DNA from: Vicinamibacterales bacterium
GTDB taxonomy: Bacteria; Acidobacteriota; Vicinamibacteria; Vicinamibacterales; UBA2999
NCBI GenBank assembly: GCA_041394705.1
Contig: JAWKHS010000025.1
Span: forward strand, 6,157 to 70,156
Length of the DNA: 64,000 nucleotides
Direction: 5' to 3'
Shown: positions 38,853-49,000 of the stretch, piece after piece
Numbering within the stretch: position 1 is the first letter of the stretch
Layout of the letters: the number at the start of each line of letters is the position of its first letter
Program-made: the position numbers and the translations under genes
Notes under the pieces: generated by a model
Databases searched by the model: none
The model's input: the letters and a program-made list of their open reading frames with translations, nothing else
Told to the model about the DNA's origin: nothing

Positions 38853-41372
38853 ATGCTGTCACCCGTCGCACTTCGCCGCTGCGGTGCCGTCCTGGCGATG
38901 TCGGTCGCCTGTCTGGCCGCGCCCGGTCCCTGGCACCCCGCCGCCCATGCTCAGCGGACGGCGGATCCGCGCGAGGCCGCCGCCGACGCGCTCGACCACG
39001 GCCGCTACGAGCAGGTGCAGAGCGCCCTGGCCCAGCTGCCGGCGGACGACATCGGCGCCGCCGTCCTGCGCGCGCGGGCCCTCGTGGCGGTCGGGAAGTA
39101 CGCCGACGCGGAGCAGGCCCTCCTTCCCGCGGCCACGCGCAACGTCACCGGCGACGCGATGGTCGAGCTCGGCCTCGTGCAGCGCATGCAGGGCAAGCGC
39201 GAGGGCCTCCGCGCGCTGTCGATCGTCCTCTCGCGCGATCTGCTGGCGGGATCGGCAGCCGAGTACGTCCGCGCGGGGCGTGCGGCGCAGGCCCTCGGCC
39301 GCCTCCAGCAGGCCAACGACTTCTTCCGCCAGGCGGTGGCCCAGGCCCCCACCGACGTCGCCGCGAACGTCGCCTGGGGTGAGCTCTTCCTGCAGGGCCA
39401 CGAACGCGCGGAGGCCGCCCGGTCCTTCCAGGCCGCCCTGCGGACCGATGCGGAGCATCCCGGCGCGCTCATGGGGCTCGCGCGGACCATGGCGGAAGAG
39501 AACCCGCCGGCGGCGCGGAAGCTGGCCGCGCAGGTCCTGTCGATCAATCCGAACGCCGCCGACGCGCGTGTCCTGCTCGCGGAGCTCGCCCTCGACGACG
39601 TCAAACGCGACGAGGCCCGTGAGGACGTCGACAAGGCGCTGGCCGTCAACCCGAACCACTTCGTGGCGCTGTCGCTCAAGGCCGCCATCGCGTGGCTCGA
39701 GCGGCGCCCGGAGGAGGTCACGGCCACCACCGACGCCATCCTCAAGCTGAACCCGACCTACGGCGAGGTCTACCGGGTGATGGGCCAGGTCGCCGGCCGG
39801 AACTACCGCTTCGAGGAGGCGGCCGAATTCGCTCGGCGGGCGCTGACGATCGACCAGTCGAACTGGCGCGCGTTCGCGGACCTCGGCGCCCACCTGATGC
39901 GCACGGGCGACGAGCGCGGCGCGCGGCGGGCGCTGGAGACGGCGTTCCGCGGCGACCCGTTCGACCGCGTCACCTACAACCTGCTGAACCTGCTCGACAC
40001 GCTCGACGGCTTCGAGACGATTCGCGAGGGCGACATGGTCATCCGCCTGCACGCGGACGAGGCTGCCGTCATGCGCGAATACGTCCCCGCGCTGGCGCGC
40101 GAGGCGCTGGCGTCGCTCTCGAAGCGCTGGAACTTCACGCCGGCCGGCCCGATCCTCATCGAGATGTTTCCGAGGCACGACGACTTCGCCGTGCGCACGC
40201 TCGGCCTGCCGGGCATGATCGGCGCCCTCGGCGCCTGCTTCGGCAAGGTGGTCACCCTCGACTCACCGCGCGCGCGACCGCCCGGTGAGTTCAACTGGGG
40301 CGCCACGCTGTGGCACGAGCTCGCGCACGTCATCACGCTGCAGTTGTCGAAGCAGCGCGTGCCGCGGTGGCTCACCGAAGGGATCTCCGTCTGGGAGGAG
40401 ACCCGCGCGCGCCCGGCCTGGGGCCGCGAGATGGAAGTGACCTTCGCCAGCGCCCTGAACGCCGGCCAGGTGATGAAGCTGCGCGACCTCAACGCCGGGT
40501 TCAGCAGCCCGCAGCTCATCTCCCTGGCGTACTACGAGGCGTCGCTGCTCGTGGAGCACATCGTCGCGCGCTTCTCCGAGCCGTCGCTCCGCGAGCTGGT
40601 TCGCGTGTTCTCCGAGGATCTCGACACCGAGGCGGCCGTCACGCGCGTGCTCAAGGTGAGCCTCGACGACCTCCAGGGCAGCTTCGACGGGTTCCTCGAC
40701 GAGCGCTTCGGACGCCTGCGACGCGCGCTCGCCGCGCCGGAGGGGTTCGATCCCTCCGCGCCCCTCGACCGGCTGCGCGCGGCCGCCGCCGCGAATCCCG
40801 GGAGCTTCCCGGTGCAGATGGCGCTCGGCCTCGCGCTCGAGAAGGGCGAGCCCGACGCCGCCATCGGCGTCTACCGGAAGGCCGCCGAGCTCGTGCCGAT
40901 CGCGACCGGCGCGGAAAGTCCGCAGGCGCGCATCGCGGCGCTGCTCACGGCCAAGGGCGACACGGCCGGCGCCGCCCGCGCGCTCGAGACGCTGACCACG
41001 GCCGATCACACCGATGTCGCCTCGGCCCGCCAGCTCGTGGGGCTGCTCGACCCGGAGACCGACGGGCCGCGCCGCCAGGCCGCGCTCGCCAAGGTCGTGG
41101 CGATCGACCCGTTCGATGCCGCAGCCCACACCGAGATCGGCCGGTCCGCGCTCGAGGCGGGACGGCTGCCCCAGGCGATTCAGGCGTTCCGCGTCGCGGT
41201 GGCCGCCGGGCCGCAGGACAGAGCCGGCGCGCACGCCGACCTGGGCGAGGCGCTCGAGAAGGCCGGATCCAAGGCCGACGCGAAGGCCCAGGCGCTCCAG
41301 GCCCTCGAGGTCGCGCCGACCTACGTGCGCGCCCAGGAGCTGCTGCTGCGTCTGGTGGAGTCGCCCCAGTGA
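38853..41372 (+). CDS. secreted TPR-repeat protein with central peptidase-MA (gluzincin) domain
   Basis: ATG 38853 (alternative GTG 38850) inside track ORF 38256..41372. 839 aa. Signal peptide. TPR-like repeats on both sides of LWHELAHV...RWLTEGISVWEE (nt 40314-40379). Confidence 0.85.
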   Translation: MLSPVALRRCGAVLAMSVACLAAPGPWHPAAHAQRTADPREAAADALDHGRYEQVQSALAQLPADDIGAAVLRARALVAVGKYADAEQALLPAATRNVTGDAMVELGLVQRMQGKREGLRALSIVLSRDLLAGSAAEYVRAGRAAQALGRLQQANDFFRQAVAQAPTDVAANVAWGELFLQGHERAEAARSFQAALRTDAEHPGALMGLARTMAEENPPAARKLAAQVLSINPNAADARVLLAELALDDVKRDEAREDVDKALAVNPNHFVALSLKAAIAWLERRPEEVTATTDAILKLNPTYGEVYRVMGQVAGRNYRFEEAAEFARRALTIDQSNWRAFADLGAHLMRTGDERGARRALETAFRGDPFDRVTYNLLNLLDTLDGFETIREGDMVIRLHADEAAVMREYVPALAREALASLSKRWNFTPAGPILIEMFPRHDDFAVRTLGLPGMIGALGACFGKVVTLDSPRARPPGEFNWGATLWHELAHVITLQLSKQRVPRWLTEGISVWEETRARPAWGREMEVTFASALNAGQVMKLRDLNAGFSSPQLISLAYYEASLLVEHIVARFSEPSLRELVRVFSEDLDTEAAVTRVLKVSLDDLQGSFDGFLDERFGRLRRALAAPEGFDPSAPLDRLRAAAAANPGSFPVQMALGLALEKGEPDAAIGVYRKAAELVPIATGAESPQARIAALLTAKGDTAGAARALETLTTADHTDVASARQLVGLLDPETDGPRRQAALAKVVAIDPFDAAAHTEIGRSALEAGRLPQAIQAFRVAVAAGPQDRAGAHADLGEALEKAGSKADAKAQALQALEVAPTYVRAQELLLRLVESPQ

Positions 41373-42205
41373 CGGCCGACGACGGGGAACGCCGGCGGCG
41401 GCGTGCCCGCGGTCCGGGCCCGGTGCTGGCGGCGCTCCTGGTGCTCGTCGTGCCGGCCGTGTCCTCGCTGGCGCGCGGCGCCGCGGCGCAGCCCGGCGTG
41501 TTCAAGGAAGAGCGCTTCGCCGGCCTCCAGTGGACGTTCGTCCGCGTCAAGTACACGCCGACGACGGGGGACCTCGCCATGCGGACGCGCTTCGGCTTCT
41601 GGGACGATCCCTGGGCCATCGACGGCCCCGCCGCCGATCAGAACCTCTCGCGCCGCGTCCAGACGGCCACGGCCATCGAGGTGGGCGAGCCGCTCGCCAT
41701 GGCCCTCGACGATCCGCGCCTCTGGCAGTATCCGTGGCTGTACCTCGTCGAGCCGAGCAACGTCGTCATGAGCGACGCCGAGGCCGCCACGCTCCGCGAA
41801 TTCCTGCTGCGGGGCGGGACGCTCACCCTCGACGACTTCCATGGCTCGTTCGAGTGGGAGCTCACCACGCGCTGGCTCGGCAAGGTGTTCCCCGACCGGG
41901 AGGTCGTCGAAATCGCGCCGCCGCACCCGATCTACACCTCGTTCTACCAGCTCGATCGTTACCCGCAGGTGCCGGGCGTGGGCTCGTTCCTGAACGGCCG
42001 TACCTGGGAGAAGGGCGGCTACACGGCGCACCTGCGCGGCATCCTTGACGACACGGGCCGCCCCATGGTGCTCATCAACTGGAACACCGACATGGGCGAC
42101 GGCTGGGAATGGTCCAACGCCGACGAGTATCCGGGCTACCTGAAGTGGACGTCGGTCGCCTACCAGATGATGATCAACGAGATCGTGTACACGCTCACAC
42201 ACTAG
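41369..42205 (+). CDS. DUF4159-like protein (GATase1-like fold), signal peptide
   Basis: GTG 41369 overlaps the previous stop (GTGA). 278 aa. LWQYPWLYLVEPSNVVMSDAEAATLREFLLRGGTLTLDDFHG block. Confidence 0.82.
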   Translation: MTADDGERRRRRARGPGPVLAALLVLVVPAVSSLARGAAAQPGVFKEERFAGLQWTFVRVKYTPTTGDLAMRTRFGFWDDPWAIDGPAADQNLSRRVQTATAIEVGEPLAMALDDPRLWQYPWLYLVEPSNVVMSDAEAATLREFLLRGGTLTLDDFHGSFEWELTTRWLGKVFPDREVVEIAPPHPIYTSFYQLDRYPQVPGVGSFLNGRTWEKGGYTAHLRGILDDTGRPMVLINWNTDMGDGWEWSNADEYPGYLKWTSVAYQMMINEIVYTLTH

Positions 42206-42213
42206 GAGCGGGG

Positions 42214-42233
42214 CCCGGGGCTCGGGACCCGGG
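42214..42233 (+). other. 6-bp GC hairpin followed by GCTTTCG between the DUF4159-like gene and moxR (possible attenuator)
   Basis: CCCGGG-gctcggga-CCCGGG then gctttcg, read directly. Confidence 0.2.
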
Positions 42234-42255
42234 GCTTTCGAAGGAAGCGGCGCGC

Positions 42256-43266
42256 ATGAATCGGACGACGGACCTACACGGCGAAGACCTCGCGTCGCGG
42301 GTGGCCGCGGGGCGGGCCAGGATTCTCGAGCAGCTGCGGCTGGTGATCGTCGGCCAGGACGAGGTGGTCGACCAGGTGCTCATCGCGCTCTTCACCGGCG
42401 GCCACTGCCTGCTCACGGGCGTGCCCGGCCTGGCCAAGACGCTGCTCATCAAGACGCTCGCGAACATCCTCGACCTGAGCTTCAAACGCATCCAGTTCAC
42501 GCCGGACCTGATGCCCGCCGACATCACGGGCACCGAGATCCTCGACGAGGCCGACGGCGTGCGCGCCCTCCGCTTCGTGCGCGGGCCGATCTTCGCGCAG
42601 ATCCTGCTGGCCGACGAGATCAACCGGACGCCGCCCAAGACGCAGGCGGCGCTCCTCGAGGCGATGCAGGAGTTCCACGTCACGGCCGCCGGGCGCACCT
42701 ACGCGCTCGACCGCCCGTTCTTCGTCCTGGCCACCCAGAACCCGATCGAGCTGGAGGGCACCTACCCGCTGCCCGAGGCGCAGCTGGACCGGTTCATGTT
42801 CAACGTGACGATGTCGTACCTGTCGGAGGACGACGAGGTGAAGGTGGTCACCGAGACCACCGGCGGGCGCCGCCCCCAGCCGGTCCACGTGTTGAGCGGC
42901 GAGGACATCCTGGCCTTCCACGACGTGGTCCGCGAGGTGGTCGTCGCCGACGACGTCGCTCGCTACGCCGTCCGCCTGGTGGATGCCTCGCGGCCGGGCC
43001 GCGGCCCGCGGCTCGACTTCGTCGAGAAGTGGGTGAAATGGGGCGCCGGGCTCCGCGCGTCCCAGGCGCTCATCCTCGGTTCCAAGGCGCGCGCGCTCAT
43101 GCACGGACGCTTCCACGTGTCGGTCAAGGACATCCAGGCGCTCGCCAAGCCGATCCTGCGCCACCGGGTGATCCCGAACTTCTACGGCGAGGCCGAGGGC
43201 ATCACGCCCGACATCCTCGTGGACCGCCTCCTCGGCGCGATCCCCCCGCCCGCGAGCGGGTTGTGA
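42256..43266 (+). CDS. MoxR-family AAA+ ATPase
   Basis: ATG 42256, 8 nt after GAAGGAAG. 336 aa. Walker A GVPGLAKT, Walker B LLADEINR, ATQNPIE. Confidence 0.95.
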   Translation: MNRTTDLHGEDLASRVAAGRARILEQLRLVIVGQDEVVDQVLIALFTGGHCLLTGVPGLAKTLLIKTLANILDLSFKRIQFTPDLMPADITGTEILDEADGVRALRFVRGPIFAQILLADEINRTPPKTQAALLEAMQEFHVTAAGRTYALDRPFFVLATQNPIELEGTYPLPEAQLDRFMFNVTMSYLSEDDEVKVVTETTGGRRPQPVHVLSGEDILAFHDVVREVVVADDVARYAVRLVDASRPGRGPRLDFVEKWVKWGAGLRASQALILGSKARALMHGRFHVSVKDIQALAKPILRHRVIPNFYGEAEGITPDILVDRLLGAIPPPASGL

Positions 43267-43270
43267 AGCC

Positions 43271-44161
43271 ATGGCCGCCCCCTCGCGCTACCTCGACCCA
43301 GGAGTGCTCGCCCGGCTGGGCACGCTCGATCTGAAGGCCAAGACGGTCGTCGAGGGCGTGCTGGCCGGCCTGCACCGCAGTCCGCGTCGGGGCTTCAGCG
43401 TCGAGTTCGCCGAGTACCGCCAGTACCTCCCGGGCGATGCGCTCTCCACGATCGACTGGAAGGTGTTCGCCCGCACCGACCGCCACTTCGTGAAGAAGTT
43501 CGAGGAGGACACCAACCTCGACTGCCACCTGCTGCTCGACGTCAGCAGTTCCATGCAGTACGGCTCGCACGCGGTCACCAAGCGCGAGTACGGCTGCTAC
43601 CTGGCGGCGGCGCTCGCCTACCTGATGCACCATCAGCGCGACGCCGTGGGCCTCATCGCCTTCGACGAGGACATCGTGCACCGCGTGCCGCCCTCGGCCA
43701 GGAGCGGCCACCTCCGCACGGTCCTCCTGGCGCTCGAGCGCCTGCCGTCGGGGTCGCGGACCAACGTCGCCAAGCCGCTCGGCGATCTCGCGAAGGTCCT
43801 GTCCAAGCGGGGACTGGTCGTCGTGATCTCGGACCTCCTGGACGATCCCGACCGCGTCATCCGCGGGCTGAAGCACTTCCGCCAGCGCGGCACCGACGTC
43901 ATCGTCTTCCACCTCCTGGATCCGCAGGAATTGCGCTTCACGTTCTCCGATGCCGCGCGCTTCCGCGATCCCGAGTCGTCCAACGAGGTCTTCGCCGACC
44001 CCGCCGTCGTGCGCGAGGGCTACCTGGCGGCCGTGCAGGGCCTGGTCGGCACCTACCGGCGCGAACTGGGCGGCGCCGGCGTGGACTACCACGTGCTCGA
44101 CACCTCGCAGCCGCTGGACGTGGCCCTCATGTCGTACCTGACGGCGCGGGCCAGGAGCTAG
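43271..44161 (+). CDS. DUF58 protein (VWA-like MoxR partner)
   Basis: 296 aa. GFSVEFAEYRQYLPGDALSTIDWKVFARTDRHFVKKFEEDTN signature. Confidence 0.9.
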   Translation: MAAPSRYLDPGVLARLGTLDLKAKTVVEGVLAGLHRSPRRGFSVEFAEYRQYLPGDALSTIDWKVFARTDRHFVKKFEEDTNLDCHLLLDVSSSMQYGSHAVTKREYGCYLAAALAYLMHHQRDAVGLIAFDEDIVHRVPPSARSGHLRTVLLALERLPSGSRTNVAKPLGDLAKVLSKRGLVVVISDLLDDPDRVIRGLKHFRQRGTDVIVFHLLDPQELRFTFSDAARFRDPESSNEVFADPAVVREGYLAAVQGLVGTYRRELGGAGVDYHVLDTSQPLDVALMSYLTARARS

Positions 44162-44167
44162 GGGCCG

Positions 44168-46075
44168 ATGTTCGGACTGGGGTTCCTGGCGCCGGCGTTC
44201 CTGGCGGGCCTCCTCGCCGTGGCCGTCCCCGTCGTGCTGCACCTCTTCCACAGGCGGACCGACCGCGTGGTCGACTTCCCGGCCGCGGGCATGGTGCCGG
44301 ACGCCCCGGTCCAGCAGCAGGAGCGGCGGCGCCTCCGCGACCTCCTCCTGCTGGCGCTTCGCGTCGGCGCGCTCGTGCTGCTCGCGTTCTCCTTCGCCCG
44401 GCCGTACGTGCAGGGGGCCGGCGACGGGCTCACCGGCCGTACCACCATCGTGGCGGTCGACGTGTCGCTCAGCACCTCGGCGCCGGCCACCTGGCGCGAA
44501 CTGCGGCGGCGGGCCCTCGCGGCCGTGGACGAGGCGCCAGCGGCCGACCTGGTGGGCGTCGTCGCCTTCGACGATCTCGGCCGGATCGTCGCGCCGCCGT
44601 CGGCGAGCCGTGACGCCGCGCGGTCGGCGGTCGAGACGCTCGTGGCGGGCGCCGGCGGCACGAGCTACGCCGCGGCGCTCGGCACGGCGGTCGACGCGCT
44701 CGGCGGCGCGTCCGGCCGGATCGTCGTCGTCACCGACCTCCAGCAGCGAGGCTGGGCGGGCCGGGACCAGGTGACCGTGCCCGGCGGGGTGGACGTGCGC
44801 GTGGACGCCGTTCCGCCCGCCCCCGACAATCTCGCCGTCACGGCGCTGCGCGCCGGCGATGCCGTGACCGCGGTCGTCCAGAACTTCGCGCCTGGGCCTC
44901 GAGCGACCGTGGCGCGGCTGACGGTCGACGGCCGGGAGGTGGCGCGCGTCGACACGGCGCTCGCGCCCCTCGCGGCGGCGGAAGTGCGGTTTCCGGGCCG
45001 GCCTCCCGCGCGCGGCGTCGCCGCCGTGTCGATCGACGATGCCGACGGCTTCCAGGGCGACAACGTGCGCTACCGGGCGCTCGACCCCGAACGTCCGCTG
45101 CGGGTGCTCGTGCTCACGGCCGACCCGCCGGAGACGGCGACCACCGGGCTGTACGTGCAACGCGCGCTCGAAGCGGCGGGCGAGGCCTGGCCTGTGGAGG
45201 TCGACGTGCGGGACGGGCGGCGCTTCAGCGCCGCCGCCGGTCCGGCGTACGACGCCGCCGTCGTCGTCGGCACGCGGACGCTGGACCGGGGCGGCCGCGC
45301 GCGACTGGCGGCGTATCTGAGCGGCGGCGGGCGCGTGCTGCTGTCACTCGGGCCCGACGTCGACGTCCCCACGCTCGGCGAGGCCCTCGGGTTCCAGTTG
45401 CGCGTCTCGCCGGAGCCGGTCACGCCGCGCGCGGACGACACCGCCATCGTCGCCTCCGATCGCCGCCATCCCGTATGGCGGCTCCTGGCCGGCACGCGCT
45501 CGGCCCTGGGCCGCGTGGCCATCGGCCAGTACCGCCAGGTCCTGGACGAGGCCGGCTGGGACGTGCTGGCGCGCTTTGCCGGCGGCGCCATCGCCTTCGC
45601 CGAACGGCGCGTCGAGCGCGGCACGCTCCTGCTCTTCGCCTCGGACCTCGACAACCGCTGGAACCGCTTCCCGCTCGAGCCGGGGTTCGCGCCGTTCATC
45701 GTCGAGTCGGCGCAGTACCTCACGCGCGGGGTCCGGCCGGCGACCGCGTTCGTCCTGCCGGACGTCCCCGCCGACGTGCCTCCGCAGCCGGGCGTGCATC
45801 GCGCGGCCGCGGCCGGCGGCGCGCCGTCGCCGGCGATCGTCGTGAACGTCGATCCGGCCGAGAGCGACCCGTCCGCCATCACGGCCGAGGCCTTTGCGGC
45901 CCGTGTCCAGACGGTCGGGACCCCCGATGGGCCGGCCCTCGACGAAGACGCCCGGGCCCGCGAGGAGCGGCAGCGCCTGTGGCAGGTCGGCCTGGCCGTG
46001 ATGCTGGGGCTGCTGGTGGTCGAGAGCCTCGTGGGGCGGCAGCGGCGGCCGCGCGTCGCGCCACGGAGCGGGTAG
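44168..46075 (+). CDS. BatA-type protein: N-terminal double-TM anchor + VWA domain + C-terminal domain
   Basis: 635 aa. FLAPAFLAGLLAVAVPVVLHLFHRR N-terminal aerotolerance-type anchor. VAVDVSLS...GGTSY VWA/MIDAS-like blocks. Confidence 0.85.
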   Translation: MFGLGFLAPAFLAGLLAVAVPVVLHLFHRRTDRVVDFPAAGMVPDAPVQQQERRRLRDLLLLALRVGALVLLAFSFARPYVQGAGDGLTGRTTIVAVDVSLSTSAPATWRELRRRALAAVDEAPAADLVGVVAFDDLGRIVAPPSASRDAARSAVETLVAGAGGTSYAAALGTAVDALGGASGRIVVVTDLQQRGWAGRDQVTVPGGVDVRVDAVPPAPDNLAVTALRAGDAVTAVVQNFAPGPRATVARLTVDGREVARVDTALAPLAAAEVRFPGRPPARGVAAVSIDDADGFQGDNVRYRALDPERPLRVLVLTADPPETATTGLYVQRALEAAGEAWPVEVDVRDGRRFSAAAGPAYDAAVVVGTRTLDRGGRARLAAYLSGGGRVLLSLGPDVDVPTLGEALGFQLRVSPEPVTPRADDTAIVASDRRHPVWRLLAGTRSALGRVAIGQYRQVLDEAGWDVLARFAGGAIAFAERRVERGTLLLFASDLDNRWNRFPLEPGFAPFIVESAQYLTRGVRPATAFVLPDVPADVPPQPGVHRAAAAGGAPSPAIVVNVDPAESDPSAITAEAFAARVQTVGTPDGPALDEDARAREERQRLWQVGLAVMLGLLVVESLVGRQRRPRVAPRSG

Positions 46076-46097
46076 GATACGAAGAGCGGCATTTTCC

Positions 46098-49000
46098 ATG
46101 GCGGACGAGCTGACGACGCTCCGCGCGCTTCTCGATGACATCGCCCGTCGGCGGGCGTCGCTGGCGTGGCGCCGCGCGTGGATCGCCGGAGCCGTGGCCG
46201 CGGCCGTCGCGCTCGCGGCCTCGCGGGCCGCCGTCGCGCTCGGGGCGCCCGACGGTCTGGTTCTGCTGGCGGTGGTCGGCTTCGGCGTGGCCGTGGCCGG
46301 CCTCGCGCTGGCCGTCGCGCTCGTCGGCGCCAGGGAGACGTCCACGCCGCTGCAGATCGCGCGCCTCGTCGAGGAGCGCCTCGGTGGACTGGACGACGTG
46401 GTGGCGACGGCCGTGGACTACGCGGCCCGGCCGGACCATCGTCCGGGCATCGCCGATCAGCTGGCGGCGTCCGCGCTCCGGGCCGCCGGTCCTGGCGTGA
46501 CCGACGCCGTCGTGGACCCCGACACCGTCCGCCGGACCAACCGCCGCGCCTGGGCCGCGACGGCCGCGCTGGCCGCCTCGGTGGCGCTCCTCGTCGGACC
46601 GCTCGGCCGGGCGGGCGAGGTGGCCGCCGCTTACCTGATGCCGTCGCGGCTCGCGCTCACCGTGGAGCCCGGCAACGTCCGGGTGCGCGCCGGGCGCCCC
46701 GTCACCATCACCGCGCGTATCGACGGCACCACGGCCGTGACGCCCGCGCTCGTGGCCGGCGACGGCGCCGAGCCCGCGCCGATGCGGCTCGAGCCCGATG
46801 GCGCGTTCGTGGCGACCGTGCCCGACGTGACGGCCTCGTTCGACTACCGCGTGGTGGCCGGCGGCCGCGAGTCGCCGGCCTACACCGTGACCGTCGTGCA
46901 TCCGGCGCGCGTGGAGCGGATCGATCTCGACCTCACGTTCCCCACGGCCCTGGGCCTCGCGCCACGGCACGAAGAGGACGGCGGCGACATCTACGCCCCC
47001 GAAGGCACGACGGTCCGCCTGACCGTCACGGCCGACCGCGCCGTGGAGTCCGGCGCGCTGGTGATGGGCGACGGCACCCGGGTGGCCCTCGCCGGGGGCG
47101 GGCGGGTCGCCTCGGCGGATCTCACCGTGTCGGCGGATGGCTCCTACCGTGTCGCCTTCGTCGACGACGACGGCGTCGAGATGCCCGACGACACCGAGTA
47201 CTTCATCCGGACGTTGCTCGATCGGCCGCCAGACGTCCGGATCCTGCGGCCCGCCGGCGACCGGCAGGTCACGCCGCTCGAAGAGGTGCTCATCGAGGCG
47301 CGCGCGGACGACGACTTCGGCGTGAAGAGCTTCGACCTCGTGCTGCAGAAGCCGGGCGATGCCGAGGTGGTGGTGCCGCTGCGGGGCACGGCGAGCGCGC
47401 TCACCGTCAACGGCGCCCACACCCTCTACCTGGAAGACCTCGAAGTCGCGCCCGGTGATGTCGTCAGCTACTACGTCAGGGCGCGCGACATCGGGCGCGG
47501 CAAGCCGTCGTCGGAGACGCGCAGCGACATGTTCTTCCTCGAGGTGAAGGCGTTCGACGACGAGTTCGTGGCGGCGCAGAGCCAGGCCATGGCGGCCAGC
47601 GGTCAGGCCCAGGGCGTGCTGGATCTCGCCGCCGCCCAGAAGGAGATCGTCGTCGCCACGTGGAAGCTCGACAGCCGCGGCCGGCGCGCGAATCGGGAGG
47701 CCTCGGCCGCCGACGTGCGCGCCCTGGCTGCCGCCCAGCGCGCGCTCGAGCAGCGCGCGGCCAAGGAAGCGGGCAGCCAGCTCCAGCCGGCGAGCCCGGG
47801 CGGCCCGCGCCGGCGGGGCGGGCAGGCCACCCTCAGCACGATCGGCGACGATCCGATTGGCCTCGCCATCGAGGCCATGCGCCGCGCGGCCACCGAGCTG
47901 GACCGCGCCCGGACCGGCACGGCGCTGCCGCACGAGATGGAGGCGCTCAATCAACTCCTCAAGGCGGAAGCCGACGTGAAGCGGCGCCAGGTGGCGCGCC
48001 AGCAGAGCGGTGGGGGAGGCGGAAGCCGCCAGGCGCCCGATCTGTCGGCGCTCTTCGATCAGGAACTGCGCAAGCAGCAGGAGACCACGTACGAAACCCC
48101 TGACTCCGCCGAGACGCGTCAGGACGGGACGCGCGAGGACGACCCGCTGGCGGCGCTCCGCGAGCTGGCGCGCCGGCAGGAAGCGCTGAGCCGCGATCAG
48201 CGCGATCTGGCCCGCCAGCAGGACGGCCTGGACGCGGAGACCGTGAAGCGCCGGCTCGAACGGCTCACGCGCGACCAGGAACAGCTCCGCCGCGAGCTGG
48301 AGCAGCTGGCGCGGCAGCTGCCGCAGCCGAACGGCCAGCGCGATCCAGGCTCGCAGGGTGAACGGCGTGACGCGGCGGCGTCCTCCGGACAGCAGAAAGG
48401 CGCGAGCGGGCCACCGCAGACCGCGGGGACGCAGGGCGCCTCGTCCGGATCGGGCCAGGCCGCGGGGCAGAGCGCCGCCAGCCAGACGTCGGATGGCGAC
48501 CGGCAGGCGCTGCGCGACGCGGTCTCGGAGATGCGGCAGGCCTCGTCGGGATTGCGTGACGAGGACGCGGAGCGGGCCAGCCAGAGCGCCACGCGCGCGC
48601 TCGAGCAGATGCGGCGGGCCGAGGACGCGCTTCAAGGGTCGACGGCCGAGGACCTGCAGCGGCGTCTCGGCGACGTGCAGCTGGAGGCCCGGCAGCTCGC
48701 CGAGGCGCAGCGGCGCCTGACCGATCGCGTCGCCCGCGGCGGCACCGCCGAGGGACGTGCCGACGCCCGCCAGGCGGCCGGCGAACAGACGCGGCTGGCG
48801 GCGCGCACCGAGCGCCTGAAGGAACGCATGCGCGCGCTGGCACGGCAGGCACCGCAGGGCGACGGCCGCCAGACCCTCGACCAGGCAGGGCGCGAGCTCG
48901 AATCCGGGCGCGCCGCCGATCTGATGCGCGAGGCGTCGCGCGCGCTCGCCGGCCAGGAGCGGACCGAGGCGGCGGCCGGCTCGACGGGCGCCGCGTCGTC

